From contig JBEKUJ010000017.1 in NCBI GenBank assembly GCA_049515135.1, positions 7,332 to 71,331 of the forward strand: a stretch of DNA of 64,000 nt, read 5' to 3'. This DNA is from Spirochaetia bacterium (GTDB lineage: Bacteria; Spirochaetota; Spirochaetia; SZUA-6; Fen-1364). Positions 27,354 to 36,139 of this stretch are shown here, one piece after another. Below the pieces are notes generated by a model that was not told the origin of the DNA, searched no databases, and saw only the letters and a program-made list of their open reading frames with translations. The first letter of the stretch is position 1, and every line of letters starts with the position of its first letter. The translations under genes and the position numbers were made by a program.

Positions 27354-28277
27354 TCAGATCGCCACGGCCAGCCCGAGCGATGCGAACACGGCAAGGGGAT
27401 AGAAGCAGGCCTTGTTGAAAAAGGCCAGGGCCGACCTCCTGCTCAACTCCCGCTGCCACGCAAGGGATGGAAAGACCAGGAGATATGCGGCCGCGGCCAG
27501 CGAGCCCAGCTCATACAGGGGCCAATGGGCAAGGGGCGACGCAAGGGGGAAGAGGGCAGCGCAGAGCACAACCATCATCATGGCGACAAAAGAGATCCTG
27601 GCCGCGCGCGGAAGCCCGAAACGGATGGCAATGGTCTTGATTCCAAGGGCGGCGTCTTCGTCGAAATCTGTCCAGTCGTTGGCTATGTTTCGGCAGCCCG
27701 TCTCCCACGCCAGGGACCACATGAAGTACAGAGACACCAGGCCGGCCGACGGGAAGCGCGTCACAGCGTAGAGCCCGGCAAGACCCCCGACTGCGACATT
27801 GCAGCCGGAGAGAACGGTCTTCCACGGTGTCACCCGCAGCAGGCTGCAGTAGGCTGCCTCCAGACCCGCCGCAGCCAGGAGAAGCCACGCGCAGGCAGGC
27901 CTGACGAGCCAGGCCGTGGCAAAGGACAGAACGCCCCAGAAAAGCACCCACGCCAGCCCTGTCTTGAAAGAAAGCTTGCCCTGCGCAACGGGGTGGCGAA
28001 GCCCGAGGGAATCAAGGTCGAACGGAGCAGGCCTGCCCGCGACGGCCTTCATTTTCTCCGCGTCCACGCGGTGGTCCATCATGTCGTTGAGCCCGAATAT
28101 CGCGGTGAGCCCGGCGAATGCCGACACGAGCCCCAGGACTACCGTGCGAACGGGTGGCATCCCCCCACGGGCCAGGATGGCTCCTACTGCGAGGTAGGGC
28201 ACGTCGAGAATCGAGTGGCTCATCCGCGAGAGGCCATAAAACCGCCCTACCAGGCTCCGAAGTGCGGGCTGCCGCAT
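27354..28277 (-). CDS. UbiA-family integral-membrane prenyltransferase
   Basis: Asp-rich motif LNDMMDHRVD followed by RHPVAQGKLS (the RP.P.G-like second site). Multiple hydrophobic helices. 307 aa. Confidence 0.7.
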   Translation of the reverse strand: MRQPALRSLVGRFYGLSRMSHSILDVPYLAVGAILARGGMPPVRTVVLGLVSAFAGLTAIFGLNDMMDHRVDAEKMKAVAGRPAPFDLDSLGLRHPVAQGKLSFKTGLAWVLFWGVLSFATAWLVRPACAWLLLAAAGLEAAYCSLLRVTPWKTVLSGCNVAVGGLAGLYAVTRFPSAGLVSLYFMWSLAWETGCRNIANDWTDFDEDAALGIKTIAIRFGLPRAARISFVAMMMVVLCAALFPLASPLAHWPLYELGSLAAAAYLLVFPSLAWQRELSRRSALAFFNKACFYPLAVFASLGLAVAI

Positions 28278-28328
28278 TGAAAATACCTACGCGAAAATCC
28301 GCCCCATGGATGGCTACCCGCGAGGGGC

Positions 28329-28359
28329 TTGACGGACCAATTTTATTTAGATAATCTAA
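28329..28359 (+). promoter_or_regulatory. marR promoter (TTGACG -35) with perfect palindrome TTAGAT-a-ATCTAA overlapping the -10; candidate autoregulatory MarR operator
   Basis: TTGACG 28329-28334; palindrome 28347-28359; -10 candidates TAATCT/GATAAT inside the palindrome; RBS aaaggtga before ATG 28380. Confidence 0.35.
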
Positions 28360-28379
28360 TAGTTAGAAAGGTGAATAAA

Positions 28380-28835
28380 ATGGCACGTGAAGAAGAAGAA
28401 TGCGCCCGGCAGCTGCTGGAGGTCGTTCCTTCCGTGGCCCGGTTCATCCGTACGCAGATGCGCAGCCATCGCGCGATGGGCTTGAGCGTTCCGCAGTTTC
28501 GCACCCTCGCGTTCATCGAGCGCGTCGGCGGCGCCTCCCTTGGCAGTGTGGCGGAGCACCTGGGGCTGACGCCTCCTTCGGCATGCAAGATTGTCGACGG
28601 GCTGGAAGCGCGGGAGCTGATCAGCCGCGCGCAGTCCTCTGACGACCGGCGCAAGGTGAGCCTCGGGATCACCCAGGGAGGGAAGAGCGCCCTTTCCGAT
28701 GCACGCAGGGAGACGCTGAAGAGCCTGGCTGACGTCCTTTCGGCAATCGACCGGGATGATCTGGCAAGAGTCATTCAATCCATGGAAGCCCTCAGGGGCG
28801 CGTTTGCAGGGGAGACCGTCCATGCCCATGCTTGA
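28380..28835 (+). CDS. MarR-family transcriptional regulator
   Basis: wHTH region LSVPQFRTLAFIERVGGASLGSVAEHLGLTPPSACKIVDGLEARELISR. Start ATG 28380. Confidence 0.8.
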   Translation: MAREEEECARQLLEVVPSVARFIRTQMRSHRAMGLSVPQFRTLAFIERVGGASLGSVAEHLGLTPPSACKIVDGLEARELISRAQSSDDRRKVSLGITQGGKSALSDARRETLKSLADVLSAIDRDDLARVIQSMEALRGAFAGETVHAHA

Positions 28836-29619
28836 GCTGCAAGGCCTCACGCGGCGCTTCGGCCCGCTGATTGCCGTCAATGACCTTCATCTTTCCATCG
28901 ACAAGGCGGAGATGTTCGCCCTTCTGGGTCCCAATGGAGCGGGCAAGAGCACAACCATCAAGATGCTCACCACGCTGCTCGCCCCCAGCGCGGGGACGGC
29001 TATTGTGGACGGCCTCGACATAGTCCGCCAGCCGGGAGCAGTGCGGCGGATCATCGGCTACGTGCCCCAGATGCTTTCGGCGGACGGAACGCTGACCGGC
29101 ATGGAGAACCTTCTGGTGTTCGCGAAGCTCTACGACCTGCCGCGCAGGGAGCGGCGGGAACGGGTTTGGGCAGCCCTTGATTTCATGGGGCTCTCCGATG
29201 CGTCGGACAGGCCGGTGCGCCAGTATTCCGGCGGCATGATCAGGCGCCTGGAAATCGCGCAGTCCATGCTGCACAACCCGCGCGTCCTGTTCATGGACGA
29301 GCCGACGGTGGGGCTGGACCCTGCTGCGCGGCGCGCGGTCTGGGACCACATCGAAGAGCTCAGAAGGCGCACAGGCGCCACTATCGTCCTTACGACGCAC
29401 CAGATGGAGGAGGCGGATTCACTGTGCGACAGGATCGCGATCATGCACAGGGGGGTCCGTGTGGCCCAGGGGACCCCGGCAGAGCTGAAGTCTTCAATCG
29501 GGGGGAACGGGACCACCCTTGACGATGTTTTCATCCACTACACGGGCAGCAATCTGGATTCAGGAGGTACATACCGTGAAACCAGGCGGACACGCAGGCG
29601 GGTTCGCCGTCTCGGCTGA
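28822..29619 (+). CDS. ABC transporter ATP-binding protein (ABC-2/DrrA-like)
   Basis: Walker A GPNGAGKSTT, signature YSGGMIRRLEIA, Walker B LFMDEPTVGLD. Start overlaps the marR end. Confidence 0.8.
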   Translation: MPMLELQGLTRRFGPLIAVNDLHLSIDKAEMFALLGPNGAGKSTTIKMLTTLLAPSAGTAIVDGLDIVRQPGAVRRIIGYVPQMLSADGTLTGMENLLVFAKLYDLPRRERRERVWAALDFMGLSDASDRPVRQYSGGMIRRLEIAQSMLHNPRVLFMDEPTVGLDPAARRAVWDHIEELRRRTGATIVLTTHQMEEADSLCDRIAIMHRGVRVAQGTPAELKSSIGGNGTTLDDVFIHYTGSNLDSGGTYRETRRTRRRVRRLG

Positions 29620-30424
29620 GCTCGACCTTGGCAGGACGGACCTTTTTTTCTGGCTCGCCCGCTACATCGGGAGGACGCTCACCATTGCGGGGATGGAGGC
29701 GCGCAAGCTCCTCCATGACCCGACCGAGCTTCTCACCCGCGCAGTTCAGCCTGCTCTGTGGCTCCTGGTCTTCGGCCAGGTCTTCACGCGCATTCGCGCC
29801 ATCCCGACGGGAAACATGCGCTACATCGACTTCATGGCGCCCGGGATACTTTCGCAGAGCGTGCTGTTCATAGCGATTTTCTACGGCATCTCCGTTATCT
29901 GGGAGCGGGACCTCGGGATCCTCCACAAGTTCCTCGTGAGCCCAACCCCAAGGTCCGCCCTCGTGCTGGGCAAGGCCATTTCCGCGGGGCTGCGCGGCCT
30001 TGCGCAGGCCCTCATCGTCTATCTCCTTGCAGTGCTCCTGGGCGTCGGGATGGATTGGAACCCTCTTTCCCTCCTGGGCGTGCTGCTGGTGGTCATGCTG
30101 GGCGCAGCCTTTTTCTCGACATTTTCGCTTATCATTGCCTGCCTGGTGAAAACCCGGGAACGCTTCATGGGGATCGGACAGATCCTCACGATGCCGCTGT
30201 TCTTTGCCAGCAACGCAATCTACCCGATATCGATCATGCCGCGATGGCTGCAGATCATCTCCCACGCGAACCCGCTCACCTACCAGGTCGATGCGCTGCG
30301 CTTCCTCATGCTGTCGAGCGGCAGCAGCTTGAACGGGCTGGGAATGGATTTCGGGGTGCTGGCGGCGGCCACGGTGCTCGTCGTGGCTGTCGGATCCCGC
30401 CTGTACCCGACACTCGCGACATGA
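29576..30424 (+). CDS. ABC-2-type transporter permease
   Basis: Six hydrophobic segments. GTG 29576 preceded by CAGGAGG; overlaps the ATPase gene end. Confidence 0.65.
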   Translation: MKPGGHAGGFAVSAELDLGRTDLFFWLARYIGRTLTIAGMEARKLLHDPTELLTRAVQPALWLLVFGQVFTRIRAIPTGNMRYIDFMAPGILSQSVLFIAIFYGISVIWERDLGILHKFLVSPTPRSALVLGKAISAGLRGLAQALIVYLLAVLLGVGMDWNPLSLLGVLLVVMLGAAFFSTFSLIIACLVKTRERFMGIGQILTMPLFFASNAIYPISIMPRWLQIISHANPLTYQVDALRFLMLSSGSSLNGLGMDFGVLAAATVLVVAVGSRLYPTLAT

Positions 30425-30439
30425 GCGGAAGCGGCAGAG

Positions 30440-31864
30440 CTACCTGATGGGAATCTCAAGGTAGCCGGTTTTGCCTGTCACCCCGTCGCGAAGGAGGACA
30501 ACGACGCTACCCGTCTGGATGGCGTCGCCGGCATGCTGGCGGAACTGGTCCTGGTCGTTGACGTCCTCACCGTCCACCTGGAAAATGATGTCCCCCTTGT
30601 CGATCCCCGCGCTGTCGGCCGGGCTGCCAGTCACGACCTCCCTGACAACGACACCGGCGGTCTCGGTCAGACCGATGCTTTGAGCAAGGGAGGAGGAGAC
30701 AGATTCCACGCGCAGACCCAGGAGCGCGTAGCCGGGACGGGCGGCCTGCTTTTCCGCCAGAACCAGCTGGTCCGCCACCGTGAGCTTCAACCGGAGAGCC
30801 GTTCCGTTCCTGAGGAGCCCGATGGTAAGGATCGACCCGGGCGTTGATGCCGCAATCAGCCTGTTGAGCTGGGCGGCTGAGGCGACGGGCGTCTCCTGCA
30901 GGGAAGTGACGAGGTCCCCCGCTGCCACGGCCGATGCGGCGCCCGGGCCAAGGGGAAGGGCTTCAGTCACCACGACGCCGCGTGTGCCGGGCGGCAGCTT
31001 CAGGACCCGGCGGATGGATTCGGTCAGGTCCTGCACGGCGATTCCCAGGTCGCCCCGGGTCACTTTTCCCTCCCTGATGAGGGTCCCGGCAACGGCCTTC
31101 AGGAGGTTGGAAGGGATGGCGAACCCCAACCCCTCCGAGCCCTGGGTCGCAGACAGAATCAGAGCGTTCATCCCGACAACCTCGCCCCTGAGATTGAGGA
31201 GCGGGCCGCCGCTGTTGCCTGGATTTATGGCGGTGTCGGTCTGGATGAAATCCTCCAGCCCCGCGGGGGCCCGGGCGCCCACCCCCAGCCTGTGGGTGGC
31301 GCTCACAATGCCGGCCGTCACGGTCCAGTCGAGGCCTCGGGGAGAGCCGATTGCAACAACCCAGTCTCCCACCCGAAGAGTATCCGAGTCACCCAGTCTG
31401 GCCACGCGGGCCTGACCAGTCCCTTCGACCTTGAGGACTGCCACGTCGGTGAAGCGGTCGGAGCCGACCAGCCTGGCGGGACTCTCCGTGCCGTCATAGA
31501 AATGGACCGTGATGGAATCAGCATTCTCCACCACGTGGTTGTTCGTGACGATGAGCCCCTCGGGGTCGATGAGGATTCCGCTGCCCAACGCGCGCATGGG
31601 CACCTTGGAAATCCCCAGGGGAGCATCCGAGAACAGGCCCAAAGGACCCAGGCGGGGGATCTGACGAAGCGTTGTGCCGGACACGTCGATGTGAACGACG
31701 CTGGGAAGCGCAGAATCCGAAACCGCGGCGATGGCGTCCTGGAACCCCCAGACATCATGGACAACCACTCGATCCGCCGGCTGCGCCCCGCCGGACTGGC
31801 CGCTGGATGCGCACCCGTAGAGAGCCCACGCGCAGGCGGCAACAAGGATCCACCTGACTTTCAT
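30440..31864 (-). CDS. HtrA/DegP-family serine protease lipoprotein with two PDZ domains
   Basis: Lipobox in MKVRWILVAACAWALYGCASS. Trypsin-like catalytic triad regions TNNHVV, DVAVLKV, GNSGGPL; two PDZ-like segments. Confidence 0.8.
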   Translation of the reverse strand: MKVRWILVAACAWALYGCASSGQSGGAQPADRVVVHDVWGFQDAIAAVSDSALPSVVHIDVSGTTLRQIPRLGPLGLFSDAPLGISKVPMRALGSGILIDPEGLIVTNNHVVENADSITVHFYDGTESPARLVGSDRFTDVAVLKVEGTGQARVARLGDSDTLRVGDWVVAIGSPRGLDWTVTAGIVSATHRLGVGARAPAGLEDFIQTDTAINPGNSGGPLLNLRGEVVGMNALILSATQGSEGLGFAIPSNLLKAVAGTLIREGKVTRGDLGIAVQDLTESIRRVLKLPPGTRGVVVTEALPLGPGAASAVAAGDLVTSLQETPVASAAQLNRLIAASTPGSILTIGLLRNGTALRLKLTVADQLVLAEKQAARPGYALLGLRVESVSSSLAQSIGLTETAGVVVREVVTGSPADSAGIDKGDIIFQVDGEDVNDQDQFRQHAGDAIQTGSVVVLLRDGVTGKTGYLEIPIR

Positions 31865-32019
31865 TCTCACCTTCTCTGGCCTATAAGATAACGCTGTCGG
31901 CCGCGGGCGGGAAATGCGCACCGTCCGGCAGGCTGCCGGCACGGAAACCGGCGCCGGGGATAGCTTTGCTCCGGGGAACGGCCTATACTGCCGGGAGAAA
32001 CCGCGGAAAGGAGGCCGGC

Positions 32020-33234
32020 GTGGCCAGGCGCAGAGACGATCCTTCTCTGTTGAACATGATCCTGGAAAAACAGGAGAAACTCCATCACATCCGGGATCTG
32101 AACACGCTGCTGGACAATCTGCTGTATGAGACCCGCGCGCTGACCGCAGCGGATGCCGGGTCGATTTTCCTGGTAGAAGGGAAAAAGCTTCAGTTCAGCT
32201 ACGTGCAGAACGATTCGCTGTTCAAGAGCGATTTCCTTTCCAACAAATACATCTATACGAACAATGAGATCGATATCGACGAGCGGTCCATCGCCGGCTA
32301 TGTGGCGTTCACCGGCGAGTCTCTCCTGATCGACGATGCGTACGCCATCGATTCCTCCTTCCCGTTCTCCTTCAACCCCTACTTCGACCAGATTTCGTCC
32401 TACCGCACCGTCAGCATGCTCATCGTTCCCATCCGGACCAGCAAGAACGCAATGGTGGGGGTGCTGGAGCTGATCAACCGCCTCGACGTGGCCGGGACTC
32501 CCGTCCCCTTCACGGAGGATCAACGGTTCTACATCACGCAGTTCGCCTTCTATGCGGGGATCGCGATTGAGCGCGCGCGACTGCTGCGGGACGTGGTGTT
32601 CAAGATGGTGCGCACCACGGAGCTGCGCGATCCTGAGGAGACGCAGCCCCACGTCAGCCGCGTGGGCTCCTACGCGGTGGAGCTGTATCAGAAATGGGCG
32701 GAGAGGCACGCGGTAGCCCGGGATGAGGTGAATGATTTCAAGGATATCCTGAAGATCTCCTCGATGCTCCATGACATCGGCAAGGTGGGCGTATCGGATG
32801 CCATCCTGAAAAAGCGGCAGGACCTGACCCGTGAGGAGTTCGATGCCATCAAGTACCACACCGTGTACGGCGCTCAGTTCTTCGAGAACCCCACCTCTGA
32901 GTGGGACACCCTTGCCTATGAAGTGGCACTGAACCACCACGAGCGTTGGGACGGGACAGGGTACCCCGGTGTCGTGAAGGACATCCATGAGAAGATTCTG
33001 AAGTTCGGTCCGGGGAAGAAAGGCAGCAGCATCCCCCTGTCTGCACGGATCGTCACGCTTGCGGACGTCTACGACGCTCTGATCTGCAAACGGGTCTACA
33101 AGGATGCCTGGGAGGAGGACAGGGTCCTCTTCTATATCAAGGAGCAGGCGGGCAGGCAGTTCGACCCGGAGCTGGTTTCCCTTTTCTTCGAGATCTACGA
33201 CATCATACGAGCGATCAGGGAAAAGTGGGCGTAA
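32020..33234 (+). CDS. GAF domain / HD-GYP domain c-di-GMP phosphodiesterase
   Basis: HD motif HDIGKVGV and HHERWDGTGYP (HD-GYP signature). N-terminal GAF-like region. GTG 32020 preceded by GGAAAGGAGG. Confidence 0.8.
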   Translation: MARRRDDPSLLNMILEKQEKLHHIRDLNTLLDNLLYETRALTAADAGSIFLVEGKKLQFSYVQNDSLFKSDFLSNKYIYTNNEIDIDERSIAGYVAFTGESLLIDDAYAIDSSFPFSFNPYFDQISSYRTVSMLIVPIRTSKNAMVGVLELINRLDVAGTPVPFTEDQRFYITQFAFYAGIAIERARLLRDVVFKMVRTTELRDPEETQPHVSRVGSYAVELYQKWAERHAVARDEVNDFKDILKISSMLHDIGKVGVSDAILKKRQDLTREEFDAIKYHTVYGAQFFENPTSEWDTLAYEVALNHHERWDGTGYPGVVKDIHEKILKFGPGKKGSSIPLSARIVTLADVYDALICKRVYKDAWEEDRVLFYIKEQAGRQFDPELVSLFFEIYDIIRAIREKWA

Positions 33235-33251
33235 CACGGCCGAAGGCCGTG

Positions 33252-34502
33252 CTAGAATTGCTCCACGAGGTTTTGTTTCGCCGTTGCCTTGTCCAGATAG
33301 TCCGCGGCCTGTTCGTAGCTGACGTCGATCGATACGATGGTCCGGAGAAGGTCGATTGCGCCTTTGAAGTCCTCGTTCCTGTAATCGTTGACCGCTGCGG
33401 CATACATCTGAGGCAGGTATGAGCGCACCTTCTGCCTGCGGGTGTCCAGCTGATCAAGACCGGCCTGGTCCACCGTTCTCTTAGCAAGGGCCTCGATCCT
33501 GGTGCTTGCCGCAGCCAGATCCCCCCCGTCGATCAGGCTGTCGATCTGCTGGATGGACGCATCGAAGGAAGTCTGCTGCTCCTCCTGGGCGGCGAGGTCC
33601 GCGATCTTCTTTTTCAGCGCCAGGGCCTCGTCCGTCTCCGAGAGCCTGAGAGCCTCGTCGACCTTGTCCTCCGCCAGTACATACGCCTTGTGCGAGTACA
33701 GGCTGCGAGCCCACCGGTAGTCAAGGGAATAGCGTGCCGCGGCCACCCGGGCATCCAAGATCCCTCCCACCTTCCTGCTTGCCGCAGCGATCTGCGCAAT
33801 CTGGTCACGCGCGTTTTCGAACTGGCCGGCGACAACGAGCTTGTTGACGCCGGCAAGCTGCGAGGCGGCAATCTGGTCCAGCGCAGTCTTCAGGGATTTC
33901 GTCTGGCCGGTGGCGGTCGAGTTCTGCGGATCCAGCAGGATGACCTTGCCGAAGCTCTGATAGGCGTCGATGTCCGCGTTTTCCCTGTCCGTGATCTGGG
34001 CCGCCTGGGCGGCCTTTGCAAGGGACGTCCAGGCCTTTGACAGATACTGCGCAATGAGCGTCTGGCGCGTGGTCTCCGTGTCCCGGGCCAGCCGCGCAGC
34101 GGAGGCATTCGAGGGGTCAAGGCGGCTGGCAGTCTGGACGGCCGCGCACATGGCGTAGTTTTCCTCCTCGCTCCTTCTCTGGCGCGCGAAGTAGGATTGG
34201 GCTTCTTTCAGGGCCTGGGACACCTGGGCTGACCGGAAATTATCCACGAGATCGCGATACCGGGCGGCAAGGAGGTTCTGCGGGTCGTAGCGAAGCGCCA
34301 TGGTGAAATACTCCCGCACCGAGGCCACCTTGCTCAGGTCTCCCTTCCTGATCAGCTGAGACTGGTACTGGATCACCCCCTGGTCCACGAGGGCCCTGGC
34401 CTTTGCCTGGGCGTCGAGATTCGAGAGCAAGAAACTGTCCTGGGCTGATGCGCAGCCGAAGACAGCCAGCGCGGCGAGGGCGGCGATGCATTTGAACCGC
34501 AT
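33252..34502 (-). CDS. Alpha-helical lipoprotein (coiled-coil/TPR-like), hypothetical
   Basis: Start ATG 34502 (MRFKCIAALAALAVFGCASAQD, lipobox). The ORF-track N-terminal 155 aa (Arg/Pro-rich) are rejected. Confidence 0.5.
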   Translation of the reverse strand: MRFKCIAALAALAVFGCASAQDSFLLSNLDAQAKARALVDQGVIQYQSQLIRKGDLSKVASVREYFTMALRYDPQNLLAARYRDLVDNFRSAQVSQALKEAQSYFARQRRSEEENYAMCAAVQTASRLDPSNASAARLARDTETTRQTLIAQYLSKAWTSLAKAAQAAQITDRENADIDAYQSFGKVILLDPQNSTATGQTKSLKTALDQIAASQLAGVNKLVVAGQFENARDQIAQIAAASRKVGGILDARVAAARYSLDYRWARSLYSHKAYVLAEDKVDEALRLSETDEALALKKKIADLAAQEEQQTSFDASIQQIDSLIDGGDLAAASTRIEALAKRTVDQAGLDQLDTRRQKVRSYLPQMYAAAVNDYRNEDFKGAIDLLRTIVSIDVSYEQAADYLDKATAKQNLVEQF

Positions 34503-34510
34503 GTCTTTCT

Positions 34511-34849
34511 CTACGACCTTTTTCTCTTGCCCCGGCTGATTTTCCCTGCAGGGGATTGCCGAGTTCCAATCCGGGCCCCGGGGATCACCCCGGCAGCCAT
34601 GTCGCGCGGCGGGAACGGCAGGGGGCCGGCAGCGCGGGCATCCGCAATGAAAGCCGCGTTGCAGATCCTGCCGACGCGGTCCACCACTTCTCGAACGATC
34701 AGGAGCTCGACGAAGTTGCGATCCACTCCCTGCTTCAGGGTTTCGGCGTCCAGCTTTCTTGCAATGCTCCCCGCGGCGTCGAGCTGTTGGAAGGCGCGGC
34801 CAAGCGCTCCTTCCGCTCGTCTCATCAGTTGTTCGATGCGTTTTGTCAT
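34511..34849 (-). CDS. Small hypothetical protein (about 112 aa), helical
   Basis: ATG 34849 (MTKRIEQLMRRAEGALGRAFQQLD...). Its stop lies 9 nt before the lipoprotein start. Low confidence. Confidence 0.3.
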   Translation of the reverse strand: MTKRIEQLMRRAEGALGRAFQQLDAAGSIARKLDAETLKQGVDRNFVELLIVREVVDRVGRICNAAFIADARAAGPLPFPPRDMAAGVIPGARIGTRQSPAGKISRGKRKRS

Positions 34850-35089
34850 TTGCCGCCCAGGCTCTTTCCTGCACAGCATACCTCTTTTTGAGAGACCACA
34901 GCAAGTCTGCGCGGGCAGGCTTCGCGGAATATTTTTGCCTTGCCGCCGTTGTCTGCATATCTTTCACGTGTCAGATACGTGCACGGCACGGCACGTGCCT
35001 GTGCTGCAGGTGAGAATAGTTGCAAGGGCGTCGGGAAAGGGCTTTTCAACCGACTGTTGATGGGCTGCTCAGCGCGATGGAGAAAGGAG

Positions 35090-35257
35090 TTCCTTGGGCA
35101 CGCATTCGAGGGCGTTGACCGAAATGGACGTGCAGCCCGGGTCTGCCTCTCCGCGGACGCACGCGGCTCCGAGATCGTCTCCGCCATCATCGCCATGAGC
35201 CGCAGCCTGAATCTCGACGTGAGACCCCCAATGAGGCGGAGGTCGAGGGGAGTATGA
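35090..35257 (+). pseudogene. EAL-domain (c-di-GMP phosphodiesterase) C-terminal remnant
   Basis: Translation ...VDRNGRAARVCLSADARGSEIVSAIIAMSRSLNLDV matches the conserved EAL segment (..IDRSFV...D..AIVRAIIAMAHSLGLKV), then stops after 10 more residues. The upstream region is too short for a full EAL domain. Its TGA overlaps the kinase ATG (ATGA). Confidence 0.35.
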
Positions 35258-35742
35258 GTCCGGAGCTCGAGCTTCGCGTGGCGTCTGATTGGAACGAGGT
35301 CGGCAGAGTCAATCAGGCGGTGAGCGAGTTCCTGAGCGGCTGCGGGCTGCCGGCCGAGGGCGTCGACAAATACACCATGGTCGCCTGCGAGCTCGTGGAG
35401 AACGGGATCAAGTACGGGCATTTCAGCGGGGAAAAGGACGTCGTCAACGTGCGGGTGTGGATCGCCGGCGGCACGATCTCTGTCCTGGTCTCGAACCCGA
35501 TCGGCAATTACTCCCGGACGTACCTGAGCGAGCTCGACCGCACAATCCAGTGGGTTCGCGGGTTCCAGGCCCCGTTCGAGGCGTACATTGCGAGGATGAA
35601 GGCGATCTCCCGCGAGCCCCTTGAAACCGACAAGAGCGGCCTCGGCCTCGTTCGGATAACGTACGAGGGCCGGGCGATGCTCGATTTCTACCTGGACGAA
35701 AACGACACGCTCAGCGTCTCAGCGGTCTCGACGCTGGAGTAA
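35254..35742 (+). CDS. GHKL-type anti-sigma-factor-like Ser/Thr kinase (RsbW/SiaB-like)
   Basis: N-box-like ACELVENGIKYGH and G2-like GLGLVRI in a single small HATPase_c domain of 162 aa. RBS GAGGGGAG. Confidence 0.7.
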   Translation: MSPELELRVASDWNEVGRVNQAVSEFLSGCGLPAEGVDKYTMVACELVENGIKYGHFSGEKDVVNVRVWIAGGTISVLVSNPIGNYSRTYLSELDRTIQWVRGFQAPFEAYIARMKAISREPLETDKSGLGLVRITYEGRAMLDFYLDENDTLSVSAVSTLE

Positions 35743-35758
35743 ACTCCGGAGGAGCACA

Positions 35759-36133
35759 ATGGCGAAAGCACAGACGTTCACGAACAATCAGCTGACCATC
35801 GACGTGGCGGACGAAGAGCGCACAATCACGGTCCACTTCCTCGGCAAGAGCATCCTGCGGGACCCCAATGATTTCGTCATGCCCATTCTCCTGCGGACCC
35901 TTGGGGAAGCCATACCGGCCAGGAAGCGGATCGTGATGAACTTCCGTGACCTCTCCTATATGAACTCCTCGACGCTGACGCCGGTGATCAAGATCCTGGA
36001 AAGAGCGCGGGTGGGCGAAGGCCAGATCACCGTGGAGTACCGCAAGTCCCTGAAATGGCAGGATATTTCCTTCTCCGCGCTGGTCATTTTCCAGACCCCC
36101 GATGGCAGGATCGTCATCGAAGGCACGGATTGA
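35759..36133 (+). CDS. DUF1987 (SiaC-like) partner-switch phosphoprotein
   Basis: 124 aa. Motifs ITVHFLGKSILRDPNDFVMPIL and LSYMNSSTL match the SiaC/DUF1987 pattern (F.G.S.PE..F..P; L.YFNSSS) as recalled from memory. Lies between a GHKL kinase and a PP2C phosphatase. Confidence 0.55.
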   Translation: MAKAQTFTNNQLTIDVADEERTITVHFLGKSILRDPNDFVMPILLRTLGEAIPARKRIVMNFRDLSYMNSSTLTPVIKILERARVGEGQITVEYRKSLKWQDISFSALVIFQTPDGRIVIEGTD

Positions 36134-36139
36134 ACTGTC

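Noticed and set aside
31867-33237. 456-aa minus-strand ORF opposite the GAF-HD-GYP gene
   Set aside because: The plus-strand gene has unmistakable HD-GYP motifs. The minus ORF lacks any motif and is Leu/Arg/Gly/Pro-rich.
34527-35060. 177-aa plus-strand ORF in the gap upstream of the partner-switch operon
   Set aside because: Ser/Arg/Cys/Pro-rich low-complexity translation. It overlaps the better-looking small minus-strand ORF 34511-34849 and the palindromic non-coding stretch.
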